Made by a program: the position numbers and the translations under genes. Below the pieces are notes generated by a model. That model saw only the letters and a program-made list of their open reading frames with translations, searched no databases and was not told where the DNA came from. A DNA stretch of 64,000 nucleotides from Candidatus Kryptoniota bacterium (lineage in GTDB: Bacteria; Bacteroidota; Ignavibacteria; Kryptoniales; JAKASW01). Positions 1 to 9,571 of the stretch are shown here, in pieces (positions within the stretch are counted from its first letter, which is position 1; every line of letters starts with the position of its first letter). The DNA lies in NCBI GenBank assembly GCA_046706745.1, contig JBJKPC010000076.1:194091-258090 (forward strand), read 5' to 3'.

Positions 1-1080
1 GACCGAAGCGTTGTACAGGACGGCCTTAGTTTCCTGATAGATGATCCCCGTCGCACCGAACGATACGTTTCTATCCAATACGCCGATCTTCTTCACGTGT
101 CCGGCAAGGGCGCGAATCTCTTCAACCGGGAATGGTCTGAAAGCCCGCACCTTCATGAGACCGACAGGGAATCCCATACTCCTCAATTCATCCACTGCAA
201 TTCGCGAAGTGCTCACTGCGGTTGCGGAAGTCATCAGGACAACTTCCGCGTCTTCAGTGCAGTATTCCTCGACAAGCCCGCCGTACGATCGCCCGAATCT
301 GGTGGCAAACTCACGGTCGACTTCCCTGATTACTTCCCTGGCTTCATCCATCCCCTGGTACAGCTTATATCGCATCTCCATATATGCTTCCGGTCCGATA
401 AGAGCGCCGAAAGCCTTGGGATCCGACGTGTCAACCTTAAACCCCGCTTTCCTCGCCGGAAGAAATTCGTCCACCAATTCCTGCTTAGGAAGCGCCACGG
501 GTTCGGAAGTATGGCTCAATACAAAGGCATCAAGGTTAATCATGACGGGAAGCGAAACAGCCTCCGCTATCTTGTAAGCCTGAAGAACGGTATCCGTCAC
601 CTCTTGATTGCTCTCGGCATAAAACTGAAGCCACCCTGTATCGCGCTGCGACAGACTATCGTTATGATCGACGTATATCGACCATGGCGGCGCCATCGCC
701 CGATTCACATTCACCATAACGATCGGAAGCCTGCCTCCGGCTGCCCAATGTAGGAGCTCATGCATCAGTGCGAGTCCCTGCGACGATGTCGCCGTGAAAG
801 CTCTCGCACCGCTTACGGAAGCGCCGATGCAGCACGCCATGGCGGAATGTTCCGATTCGACTTTTATGAATTTTGCATCAAGTTCTCCGTCGCTCACAAT
901 TTCCGAGAGCTTCTCGACTACGCTTGTCTGCGGAGTAATCGGGTAGGCGGCTATTACTTGCACGCGGGCGAGTTTCACCGCGTGGGAAGCCGCATGAGTC
1001 CCCTCGATGACCAATACTTTATCGATCGACGGGTGAAGCAACGCGCCGCTGTTGCTGTTTGTTCCGTTCTTGCCTGTCAT
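1..1080 (-). CDS. 2-oxoacid:ferredoxin oxidoreductase alpha subunit (PorA/VorA type), C-terminus cut by window edge
   Basis: Absent from the ORF track because it has no stop in the window. My translation from the ATG at 1080-1078 gives MTGKNGTNSNSGALLHPSIDKVLVIEGTHAASHAVKLARVQVIAAYPITPQTSVVEKL...ESEHSAMACCIGASVSGARAFTATSSQGLALMHE...VMVNVNRAM. The frame stays open for 360 codons down to base 1. The ATGA at 1077-1080 overlaps the upstream gene's stop. Confidence 0.85.
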   Translation of the reverse strand, partial: MTGKNGTNSNSGALLHPSIDKVLVIEGTHAASHAVKLARVQVIAAYPITPQTSVVEKLSEIVSDGELDAKFIKVESEHSAMACCIGASVSGARAFTATSSQGLALMHELLHWAAGGRLPIVMVNVNRAMAPPWSIYVDHNDSLSQRDTGWLQFYAESNQEVTDTVLQAYKIAEAVSLPVMINLDAFVLSHTSEPVALPKQELVDEFLPARKAGFKVDTSDPKAFGALIGPEAYMEMRYKLYQGMDEAREVIREVDREFATRFGRSYGGLVEEYCTEDAEVVLMTSATAVSTSRIAVDELRSMGFPVGLMKVRAFRPFPVEEIRALAGHVKKIGVLDRNVSFGATGIIYQETKAVLYNASV

Positions 1081-2780
1081 GCCTCTTCGACCTCCTCTGC
1101 CAGCTCGCGCGGTACCTCCGGCACCAGTTCCATCGCCTCGCGCGGACATTCGTTAACACAAATTCCGCATCCTTTACAATGGTCATAGTCTATTACGTAC
1201 TCACCGGTTTCGTTTCTGCTTATGGCAACATCGGGACAGAACGTCATACACACATCGCAATGCAGACAGGTGCCGCATGTGAAGCATCTGTCCGCCTCGG
1301 CAAGTGCCTGCGCCTCAGTGAAGGTCCTGTTTACCTCCGTGAAAGCGGTCTTACTCTTATCGACGGGGTTTCGCGGGACAGCCACTCGCGCCTGGTGCGG
1401 GAAATAGAAAGTGTTGATTCTTTCCGGGCGAACTACATCGCGGGACAGACCGTCAGATTTCGTTCGCCAACCGAGGAACTCGTCTATCGAAGCCGCCGCG
1501 TTCTTTCCGGCGCGAATCGCGTTCACCACTGTCCCGTTGGGGTTGGTTGCCGCGTCACCTCCGGCAAAGATACCGGGAACGCCTGTAGAGTGATCCTCGT
1601 CCACGAACAGCCGAACTCCCTTTTTCAGGAATGAGTAAGGAAGAAACGACAGGTCCGGCTCTTCACCGACTGCAGAAATGACCGTGTCGGCTCTCATTGA
1701 AAACCTAGAGCCTTTTACCGGGACGGGTTTCCTCCTTCCGCTTGAGTCCGGTTCGCCAAGCTTCATTTTCATAAGTTCGACTTCAATGACCCTGCCCTTT
1801 GTTCCCTTTACGCCGACCGGGGCCAATAGAAACTCGAAGTGTACCCCCTCTTTTTCCGCTTCTTCAATCTCCTCAGGAACGGCGGGCATCTCGTTTCTGG
1901 TACGCCGGTAGATTATAGTAGCCTTCCTGCCGAGCCGGAGCGCGCTTCTGGCCGCATCTACAGCGGTGTTGCCTCCGCCGATTACGAGAACGTTACGTCC
2001 GATCTTAGGTATGGATCCGGCGTTCAGCTGGCGCAGGAACTCGACACCGCTGTACACACCTTTCAGATCTTCACCGGGAACGTCCAACTGCCTGCTTCGA
2101 ACGGCGCCGACCGCAACATAGACCGCATCATACTTTTCCAGCTCGCTCCACGCTATGTTCCCGCCGATTCTGGAATCTGTTCTTATCTCCACGCCGAGAC
2201 TCTCGATGTCCTTTATTTCTTTGTCGAGTATTTTCTTCGGAAGCCTGTAGTCGGGAATTCCATACCTCAGCATGCCGCCGGCTTCGTGATCAGCTTCGTA
2301 TATGACCGAGCGGTATCCTCTTCGAGTAAGATGGTAAGCACACGAAAGTCCCGATGGGCCCGAGCCGATGACCGCGACCTTCTCGCTCTTTCTGGGCTCG
2401 ACCACGGTCAGAAGTTTGTGATTCCTAATGTTCCTATCCGCGACAAATCGTTCTATGTTGTGGACACCAACGGCCTCATCATATCCGGCACGGTTACATT
2501 CTCCTTCGCAGGGATGATAACAAACTCTCCCGGTTACCCCCGGAAGTGGGTTATCTTCGAGTATCTTGTGCCATGCCTCCTCATATTTCTTTTGCCTCAC
2601 GAGCTCGAAGTAGACGGGGATCTTTTCGCCGGCGGGACAACCTATCTGGCATGGTGACACCTTGTCCCTGTAAACGGGCCTTACATGCCGCCAGCTCCCC
2701 GTCGGGATTTCACGAGTAGATTCGAGCGAGAATGCCAGCGGCGGCATTTCTTCGACGGTGGTGTAATTGTATTTTGCCAT
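1077..2780 (-). CDS. GltD/SudA-like NAD(P)H flavoprotein fused to a PorD-type 2x[4Fe-4S] ferredoxin domain
   Basis: 567 aa. The N-terminus has a GltD-type Cys cluster (SPCQIGCPAGE, VCYHPCEGECN). Two dinucleotide folds follow (VAVIGSGPSGLSCAY, VLVIGGGNTAVDAA, GIFAGGD). The C-terminus reads CFTCGTCLHCDVCMTFCP...IDYDHCKGCGICVNECP, the POR delta-subunit signature. Confidence 0.85.
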   Translation of the reverse strand: MAKYNYTTVEEMPPLAFSLESTREIPTGSWRHVRPVYRDKVSPCQIGCPAGEKIPVYFELVRQKKYEEAWHKILEDNPLPGVTGRVCYHPCEGECNRAGYDEAVGVHNIERFVADRNIRNHKLLTVVEPRKSEKVAVIGSGPSGLSCAYHLTRRGYRSVIYEADHEAGGMLRYGIPDYRLPKKILDKEIKDIESLGVEIRTDSRIGGNIAWSELEKYDAVYVAVGAVRSRQLDVPGEDLKGVYSGVEFLRQLNAGSIPKIGRNVLVIGGGNTAVDAARSALRLGRKATIIYRRTRNEMPAVPEEIEEAEKEGVHFEFLLAPVGVKGTKGRVIEVELMKMKLGEPDSSGRRKPVPVKGSRFSMRADTVISAVGEEPDLSFLPYSFLKKGVRLFVDEDHSTGVPGIFAGGDAATNPNGTVVNAIRAGKNAAASIDEFLGWRTKSDGLSRDVVRPERINTFYFPHQARVAVPRNPVDKSKTAFTEVNRTFTEAQALAEADRCFTCGTCLHCDVCMTFCPDVAISRNETGEYVIDYDHCKGCGICVNECPREAMELVPEVPRELAEEVEEA

Positions 2781-2791
2781 AACAGCCGCCC

Positions 2792-3403
2792 TTATTTTAC
2801 GGTTATAGTTCCATTCTCTTCAGAAGGCAAATTCCCGCGGCCTGCGATTTCCGCCGATGTCTCGACAGTCTCATAGGCTTCCAGTGCCGCCGACGCATTT
2901 TCATCCTGCTTCAACGGTACACCTTCACGGACCGCCTCGACTATCGCATCAATCCCCACGATCCCTGAAAACTTTGCAAACGCCCCGAGTATCGCCGTGT
3001 TCACGATCGGCATTCCCTTTGTCCCCAACCCGTGTCTCACCGCTATGTCCGCAGCATCAACGGCAGCGGCCGGATATTCACCCGGGAAATTAAAGACACT
3101 CAGTCCGCTCGATGTGTTGACTAGAATCGTGCCGCCGGCTTTAAGACCGGAGAACACGTTTGTCGATTTGATAAGGGTGGCATCAAGAATAATAAGATGA
3201 TCGGGCTCGTAGATTGCCGTACGCAACCTGATGGGCTTGTTGTCGACCCGTGTGAAGGCAAGCACCGGGGCTCCTCTTCGCTCCACGCCGAAAGACGGAA
3301 ACGACTGTGCAAATCGTCCCTCCTTGAAGATCGCAGATGCAAGAATCTTTGCAGCAATTACCCCGCCCTGACCGCCTCTGCCGTGCATCCTGATTTCAAT
3401 CAT
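2792..3403 (-). CDS. 2-oxoacid:ferredoxin oxidoreductase gamma subunit
   Basis: MIEIRMHGRGGQGGVIAAKILA... is a typical PorG N-terminus. I moved the start to the ATG at 3403, which is preceded by GGAGGAG. The longer track ORF (to 3529) adds 42 non-homologous residues. Confidence 0.85.
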   Translation of the reverse strand: MIEIRMHGRGGQGGVIAAKILASAIFKEGRFAQSFPSFGVERRGAPVLAFTRVDNKPIRLRTAIYEPDHLIILDATLIKSTNVFSGLKAGGTILVNTSSGLSVFNFPGEYPAAAVDAADIAVRHGLGTKGMPIVNTAILGAFAKFSGIVGIDAIVEAVREGVPLKQDENASAALEAYETVETSAEIAGRGNLPSEENGTITVK

Positions 3404-3875
3404 AACTCGTTCTCCTCCCGCATTTTGTGCTAAGGGCAAACTGGTCCGCCGGGTTGTCCCGACATGCAGGATCCCTTCGTCGGCCCGCAGACTTGTTATG
3501 AACCATAGGATTCCTGAAAAATCCCTCAAATGCCGTGCCTACAATTAATTGGTAATCCGGTCAAATTAGGGCGGCAGTGTCAGATTCTTCCTCGCATAAG
3601 TGCGACAACTTGCCACACTTGTTCCATTGTCACGCGGGATCTCCCCACTTCCGTTCCGAACAGGTTTCGGGGAAATTTTCCCACATCAGCTTTCATCTTG
3701 TCGTGAATTTTTGGTCCGCTTTGACGAAATTAGAAAACATCCGGTGGAGGCAGGATCGTGGAGGCTTCTTCGCTTTCACAAGCCTTACGTACCCCGAAGA
3801 TGCAACGGAAGAGCACCGCTCCCTGACCTCAAGACCCGACCGTTTGCAGTTTCAAACGAAGGAAGATACCCAGGA

Positions 3876-5285
3876 ATGACTTATCTAGTTGACACACACG
3901 CACATCTCAATCACGAGAAATTCCCCGACCCCGGCGACACTATCGAAAGAGCGGCTAACGCCGGAATCAAATACGTCGTCGTACCCGGATGGGATATTCC
4001 CTCGAGCGAGAGGGCCATCGAGCTCTCCGAGAAATACGAGAACGTTTTTGCCGCCATCGGCATCCACCCGCACGAGGCTTCTCACGCCGACACAGCGGCA
4101 TTGGAAAAGATTGAAGACATGTCGTCTCATGATAGGGTTGTCGCAATCGGGGAGATTGGCCTCGATTATCATTATAACCTCTCGCCCCCGGAAATTCAGA
4201 AGAAGATATTCGAATCACAAATCGAAATCGCAAAATCGGTCAAGCTCCCGGTCTCCATCCATAATCGCGAATCAGATGTCGACCTGATGGAAATCCTGGA
4301 GAGACAGGTTGAAACCGGCTGGATCCTGCCCCGTCGGTTCGATTATCAGCTCAACCTCCAGCCGAGAGGGGTACTTCACAGTTTCAATTCGACTTACGAA
4401 ATTGCGTTCAGAGCGATCCGGCTCGGCTTCTATCTCGGCATCAGCGGCATGGTGACCTTCGGAAAATCGAAGGAGGCTGGGCTGCAGAAGGTCGTAAAAA
4501 CCATCGAACCTGAGCACTTCCTCGTCGAAACCGACGCGCCTTATCTTGCGCCTGTCCCTTACCGCGGACAAACAAATGAACCGGCGTACACCTCGCAAAT
4601 AGTCGAGAAAATTTCCTCGCTCCAGGATCTGACACCGGAAGATATTCGCCGGATAACTTCATACAACGCGTACAAACTCTTCGGCGTCGGGGAAAAGCCG
4701 CAGCCCAAGATAGCTTACCAGATCCGGAATTCGTTGTACCTCAACCTGACCATACGCTGTGACGCCGACTGTATTTTCTGCGACCGGAAAGGCGAGGCGA
4801 TGGTAAAGGGGCATAACCTTCATATTGCAAAAGAGCCGTCGGTAGAAGATCTAATAAAAGAAATAGGCGATCCGAATAAGTACAATGAAATTGTTTTCTG
4901 CGGGTACGGTGAACCCACGATCAGGTTGGATGTCCTGAAAGAAGTTGCCGTTTATGTCAAAGAAAAAGGGGGCAAGACCCGGCTTGATACCGACGGACAC
5001 GGCAACGTTATCAACCATCGCGACATTCTTCCGGAGTTGAAGGGCCTGATCGATTCCGTTTCGATCAGCCTGAACTCGACTGATCCAGACGAGTACGCGA
5101 AACTGATGGGAACACCGAACGGCAAACAATGGGAATCGATGATTGAATTCGCAAAAGGGGCCAAGAATTATATCCCTAAGGTTTATATGAGCGTAGTAGG
5201 CATAGAAGGACTTGATGTCGAATCTGCAAAAGACCTCGTGGAAAGGAAAATCGGAGCGGAGTTTAGATTCAGGCCGCTCTTCTGA
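3876..5285 (+). CDS. TatD-family metal-dependent hydrolase fused to a TatD-associated radical SAM domain
   Basis: The TatD part reads MTYLVDTHAHLNHEKF...AIGEIGLDY...VSIHNRES...LVETDAPYL. The C-terminal ~200 aa carry CDADCIFC (CX3CX2C, nt 4758-4781) and VFCGYGEPT. The start was set at ATG 3876 next to the DTHAHL motif. Confidence 0.8.
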   Translation: MTYLVDTHAHLNHEKFPDPGDTIERAANAGIKYVVVPGWDIPSSERAIELSEKYENVFAAIGIHPHEASHADTAALEKIEDMSSHDRVVAIGEIGLDYHYNLSPPEIQKKIFESQIEIAKSVKLPVSIHNRESDVDLMEILERQVETGWILPRRFDYQLNLQPRGVLHSFNSTYEIAFRAIRLGFYLGISGMVTFGKSKEAGLQKVVKTIEPEHFLVETDAPYLAPVPYRGQTNEPAYTSQIVEKISSLQDLTPEDIRRITSYNAYKLFGVGEKPQPKIAYQIRNSLYLNLTIRCDADCIFCDRKGEAMVKGHNLHIAKEPSVEDLIKEIGDPNKYNEIVFCGYGEPTIRLDVLKEVAVYVKEKGGKTRLDTDGHGNVINHRDILPELKGLIDSVSISLNSTDPDEYAKLMGTPNGKQWESMIEFAKGAKNYIPKVYMSVVGIEGLDVESAKDLVERKIGAEFRFRPLF

Positions 5286-5291
5286 AGTCCC

Positions 5292-6215
5292 ATGAAGAGA
5301 GAACACCGCAACGGCATCGGCAGACAGGTCTGGTGGCAACTCATGAGACCTCATACGTTGACTGCAGCGATAATGCCCGTACTAATGGGGACCTCGATGG
5401 CTTATGCCGAAGGCTCCACCTTCGATCTCTTTCTATTCGCAGCCATGATGTCAGCTTCTGTGCTTATCCAGGCGGCCGTAAACATGTTCAATGAGTATTT
5501 CGATTATAAACGTGGGCTCGACTCGATCGAATCGGTAGGGATCGGGGGAGCAATCGTGCGCAAGGAGTTGGAGGAAAAGACTGTTCTGGCGGCGGCGATT
5601 GTTTTTTTCTCCGTATCCGTCGTATTGGGTGCGTACATATGCCTGCGAACCAGCTGGTGGATAGCTGCGATCGGCTCGGTAAGTATGGCAGTCGGTTTCT
5701 TCTATTCGGCGGGACGCTCGCCGCTCGCATACACCCCTTTTGGAGAAGCTGCTTCCGGGTTTTTCATGGGGCCCGTGATTGTGTTGATTTCCTATTACAT
5801 CCAGAGGAAAACCCTAACAATGACGGCAGTCCTCATCGCAGTTCCCATCTCCATCCTCGTTGCGGCAATTCTGATGGCAAATAACATCAGAGATGCCGAG
5901 GGTGACGCGAGAAAGGGGAGGAAAACGCTTGCGATAATCTTCGGGCGCGACAGCGCAATCACGATCCTCGAGCGAATGCTGATGACAAGTTTTCTGTGGA
6001 CGGCAGGCCTGGTGCTGCTGAATTTCCTGACACCGTGGGTTCTCATCGTTCTTGTGGCGGTTCCCAAAGCCAACCGTGCGGTCAAGATCTTCCGCAGCGG
6101 CAAGACCGCGGTGGAAATGATGCCGGCGATGAAAGCCGTGTCCGTGGTCCATACTCAATTTGGGTTGCTGTTCTCAACTGCACTGCTCCTCGGCAGACTC
6201 GTCGCGGTAAGGTAG
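5292..6215 (+). CDS. menA: 1,4-dihydroxy-2-naphthoate polyprenyltransferase (UbiA family)
   Basis: Polytopic membrane protein with NEYFDYKRGLD and NNIRDAEGDARKGRKTLA, the two Asp-rich UbiA motifs in the MenA pattern. Confidence 0.8.
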   Translation: MKREHRNGIGRQVWWQLMRPHTLTAAIMPVLMGTSMAYAEGSTFDLFLFAAMMSASVLIQAAVNMFNEYFDYKRGLDSIESVGIGGAIVRKELEEKTVLAAAIVFFSVSVVLGAYICLRTSWWIAAIGSVSMAVGFFYSAGRSPLAYTPFGEAASGFFMGPVIVLISYYIQRKTLTMTAVLIAVPISILVAAILMANNIRDAEGDARKGRKTLAIIFGRDSAITILERMLMTSFLWTAGLVLLNFLTPWVLIVLVAVPKANRAVKIFRSGKTAVEMMPAMKAVSVVHTQFGLLFSTALLLGRLVAVR

Positions 6216-6313
6216 CGGCCGTACCTGTCGCATTTATCATGGATCACCGGATTTTGTATTTTGATGCGAATAGGGATAAATTCCCATAAAATGTTACCAT
6301 ATAGACTGGTAGG

Positions 6314-9300
6314 ATGAAAGAGCAAACCGTACGCAACGACAAGCCAAAGTGGAGCACGATCGATTCTCTCTTCGCGGCATTTGCAGACACTTGCGAATCG
6401 GTCTTGCAGGGTACGGATTTCACAAACGCGTCGTCCGAACTTCTGGCCGAGCTCAAACGGTTTACCGGGGCTGCTTCGATTTCCCTGCTCTTGACCGACG
6501 ACCCGCGTGGAAGACTTTCCCAGGTATCAAGCTCCGATAAGACTCGTGCGGCTGCGGAGATCGACATTTCTTCAGATCATGAAGCGGTTAGATTCCTCAG
6601 CAAATCGAAGCGACCGGTTCATCTGCATGCCGACTCCGAATACTATACGGAGTTAAAAGACATTATTTTCTCCGGCGCAGTCGTTGACTCGATAACCGGC
6701 TACCCACTAAGAGCAGGATCGGACTTCTTCGGCTTACTCCTCGCGGCGTTCTGGGAAACCGAGCATCCCGAGACGGGATCCGGAATACCCGAGAAGGTCC
6801 TCGGCGCGGCCGCTAAACAGTTTTCTGTGGTCCTGCAATCGGCGGAAATCAAGCGTCGGCATGCTCTCCTGGAACAAGAATATGCGCTGACGCTCAGCCA
6901 AATCAGTTCACCCGTGTTCGTGGTCGAGCTGTCAACCGGAAGGCTGCTTGAAGCCAACGATGCCTTCCTGAAATCGTTCGGATACGGGAGGTCGGAACTT
7001 CAAAAGCTCACTCTGTTCGACCTGGTGTTCGAGGCCAGAGAAGAACTTGAGGCTGGCATGAAATGTGCCGTCGAAACAGGGGTAATGCAACTCCCTTCAA
7101 AATCATACAAACACAAGAACGGATCCCCCATCGAGATGGAGGTGAAAGGCACAAACATAATTCACGGCGAAACCACTTATGCGGTGGTTACAGCTGTCGA
7201 CCTGACTGAGAAACGGAAGGCCGAAGTCGCGGCCGAACTGCAGCGGGTAAGATATGAGAATTTCATTAGAAACAGCGCGGAGGGAATCTGGCGGATAGAA
7301 TTTCCCGAACCATTGGAGATATCGGATGAACGCGACAAGATTGCGCGAAATATCGCGGAGAAGGGAATCATAGCGGAGTGCAACAATGCTCTTGCACGCA
7401 TGTACGGCTTCGAAGACCCGGAACAACTGATAGGAAGAAGGGCACTCGACTTCGTGGCCGACTTGGACGTCTATGCGGCATCGAAGCTTAGATTCACCGA
7501 GCAAAACTTCTCCATAACGAACGTCGAAACGGTAGAGAGAGACCGCCGCGGCAATATCCACTATTTCGAGAACTCGTATATAGGAGAAATCAAAGACCGC
7601 AGGCTCGTGAGGATGTGGGGAATCCAGCGCGATATCACGGAGAAGCGAAGGCTCGAGGAACAACTGAGGCTTTCCGAGTACAGGTACCGCAATCTGGTGG
7701 AACAAGCCAATGATATGGTCGTTTTGTTCGACATACACGGCGAATTCGTCTTCGCAAATCGAAAGTTCTTCGAGCTGACGGGGTACTCCGCCGACGAGAT
7801 TCGGGGAAGAACAATAGCCATCATTACCCACCCTGGCGACGCCGATGAACTGGCAGTACATATCACGGAGCAATTCCAATACCCCGAAAAGCACCTACGC
7901 CATACCCTGAGGCTTCTGACAAAGTACAACGACGAGCGGGTCGTCGAGCTGAGTATGACAACTCTCCGCTCGGGCGACCGCGCCGCAGGAATCCTTGCGA
8001 TCGGACGCGACGTCACGGACGAGCAGTCCGTCAAAAAAGCGCTCCATGAATCCGAGGAAAAATACCGAAGCCTCGTGGAACATTCTCTCCTGGCAGTACT
8101 GGTGGTCCAGGAAGATACTATCGTTTACACCAATCCGACAGCTGCCAACCTGTTCGAGACCGACTTGTCCTCCCTTCAAGGTGCACAATTAAGCACTTTC
8201 ATACATCCGATCGATTACCTCCAGATATTCGAGAGATTTGAGGAAGCTGCCGGGACGACAAACAGTGACATGCAATTTTCTGTACGAGCGGTGACTTCAA
8301 CTGGAAAGATCAAGTCGATAGAGGGCTGGGCCGCGGGCATAACTTACATGAGCAAACCCGCTATCCAGCTGGCCATGGTGGATATTACAGATACGAAGAA
8401 ACTTCAGGATCAGTTGTTCCAATCGCAGAAGATGGAGAGCATCGGCCAACTGGCAAGCGGCGTAGCTCATGATTTCAATAACCTTCTGGGATCAATCTAC
8501 GGTGCGATCGGCATACTCAGAAAGGATTTCGCTTCCCGTGAAGCCGGGCTGATAAAATATTTGGACGTGCTTGACGTTTCCGCAAAAAGAGCGGCTGAGC
8601 TAACCTCCCAGCTTCTCACGTTTTCCAGGCAGCGTGAAAGCAAGGTGATCCCCGTGCAGCTCAACGACACAATAAACAACGCAATGAAAATCCTGGTGAG
8701 AAGTATCGGCAAAAACATAAAGGTCGAATATTCCCTTGACCCCGCCCTCTACAACGTCGAGGCCGATCCTGGCCAGATCGAGGGAATAATCATCAACCTG
8801 AGCATCAATTCCAGGGATGCAATGCCCGACGGTGGAACATTACATATCAGGACTTCAAACGTGGACTTCGACAGCGAAATTACAAAACAGATCGCTGATG
8901 CAAAGCCCGGGCGATATGCATGTCTTTCCGTCACCGACAGCGGAGCAGGAATGGACGAAGCTACAAGACAAAGGATATTCGAGCCATTCTTTACGACGAA
9001 ACCGATAGGTAAAGGAACCGGCCTTGGGCTCTCAATCGTTTACGGGATCGTCAAGAATCATAAGGGATTCATCAACGTTTACAGCGAGCCTGGCCAGGGG
9101 ACAACCTTTAAAGTCTATCTCCCGGCAACCGACAAGACTCCGGTCGATGAGACCCGGAACGAAGTCAAGGAGGTACCTCGCGGGACCGAGACGGTTCTCG
9201 TAATCGACGATGAGCTCACGCTGCTCAAATTGACGAAAGAAATCCTAGAAGGACTGGGTTACACAGTGATAATCGCCCAGGGAGCGATGGAAGGAATAAG

Positions 9301-9571
9301 AATTTTCAAGGAACGGCATGCTGAGATTGACCTCGTTGTTCTGGACATGTTGATGCCGGAAATGACCGGGAACGAGGTCTACCCGGTCCTGAAGAACATC
9401 GAGCGCGAAGTCCGCGTCTTATTGGCAACGGGGCTGAGTGTGGGAGAGAAGGTCGATGATATGATATCTCTTGGGGTAGACGATGTTGTGGCGAAACCCT
9501 ATTCCGTCGACGATCTTGCGATCCACATGCGAAACGTCATAGACTCCGGAAAGAGCAGGCGCGCTAGTTGA
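6314..9571 (+). CDS. Multi-sensor hybrid histidine kinase (GAF-like, several PAS, HisKA, HATPase_c, receiver)
   Basis: H-box [16 protein letters not shown]-box [14 protein letters not shown]-boxes DSGAGMD and [10 protein letters not shown]-terminal receiver: VLVIDDE...[14 protein letters not shown]. Repeated PAS signatures ([16 protein letters not shown]). Confidence 0.9.
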   Translation: MKEQTVRNDKPKWSTIDSLFAAFADTCESVLQGTDFTNASSELLAELKRFTGAASISLLLTDDPRGRLSQVSSSDKTRAAAEIDISSDHEAVRFLSKSKRPVHLHADSEYYTELKDIIFSGAVVDSITGYPLRAGSDFFGLLLAAFWETEHPETGSGIPEKVLGAAAKQFSVVLQSAEIKRRHALLEQEYALTLSQISSPVFVVELSTGRLLEANDAFLKSFGYGRSELQKLTLFDLVFEAREELEAGMKCAVETGVMQLPSKSYKHKNGSPIEMEVKGTNIIHGETTYAVVTAVDLTEKRKAEVAAELQRVRYENFIRNSAEGIWRIEFPEPLEISDERDKIARNIAEKGIIAECNNALARMYGFEDPEQLIGRRALDFVADLDVYAASKLRFTEQNFSITNVETVERDRRGNIHYFENSYIGEIKDRRLVRMWGIQRDITEKRRLEEQLRLSEYRYRNLVEQANDMVVLFDIHGEFVFANRKFFELTGYSADEIRGRTIAIITHPGDADELAVHITEQFQYPEKHLRHTLRLLTKYNDERVVELSMTTLRSGDRAAGILAIGRDVTDEQSVKKALHESEEKYRSLVEHSLLAVLVVQEDTIVYTNPTAANLFETDLSSLQGAQLSTFIHPIDYLQIFERFEEAAGTTNSDMQFSVRAVTSTGKIKSIEGWAAGITYMSKPAIQLAMVDITDTKKLQDQLFQSQKMESIGQLASGVAHDFNNLLGSIYGAIGILRKDFASREAGLIKYLDVLDVSAKRAAELTSQLLTFSRQRESKVIPVQLNDTINNAMKILVRSIGKNIKVEYSLDPALYNVEADPGQIEGIIINLSINSRDAMPDGGTLHIRTSNVDFDSEITKQIADAKPGRYACLSVTDSGAGMDEATRQRIFEPFFTTKPIGKGTGLGLSIVYGIVKNHKGFINVYSEPGQGTTFKVYLPATDKTPVDETRNEVKEVPRGTETVLVIDDELTLLKLTKEILEGLGYTVIIAQGAMEGIRIFKERHAEIDLVVLDMLMPEMTGNEVYPVLKNIEREVRVLLATGLSVGEKVDDMISLGVDDVVAKPYSVDDLAIHMRNVIDSGKSRRAS

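Noticed and set aside
41-1188. Plus-strand ORFs of 178, 218 and 142 aa at the left edge
   Set aside because: They are antisense to an uninterrupted 360-codon minus-strand frame with unmistakable PorA motifs. Their sequences are low-complexity with no recognisable domains.
3600-3875. N-terminal 92-residue extension of the TatD-radical SAM ORF as given in the ORF track
   Set aside because: TatD proteins begin a few residues before the DTHAHL motif. The extension is Arg/Pro/Ser-rich with no homology pattern, and ATG 3876 has a purine-rich stretch upstream.
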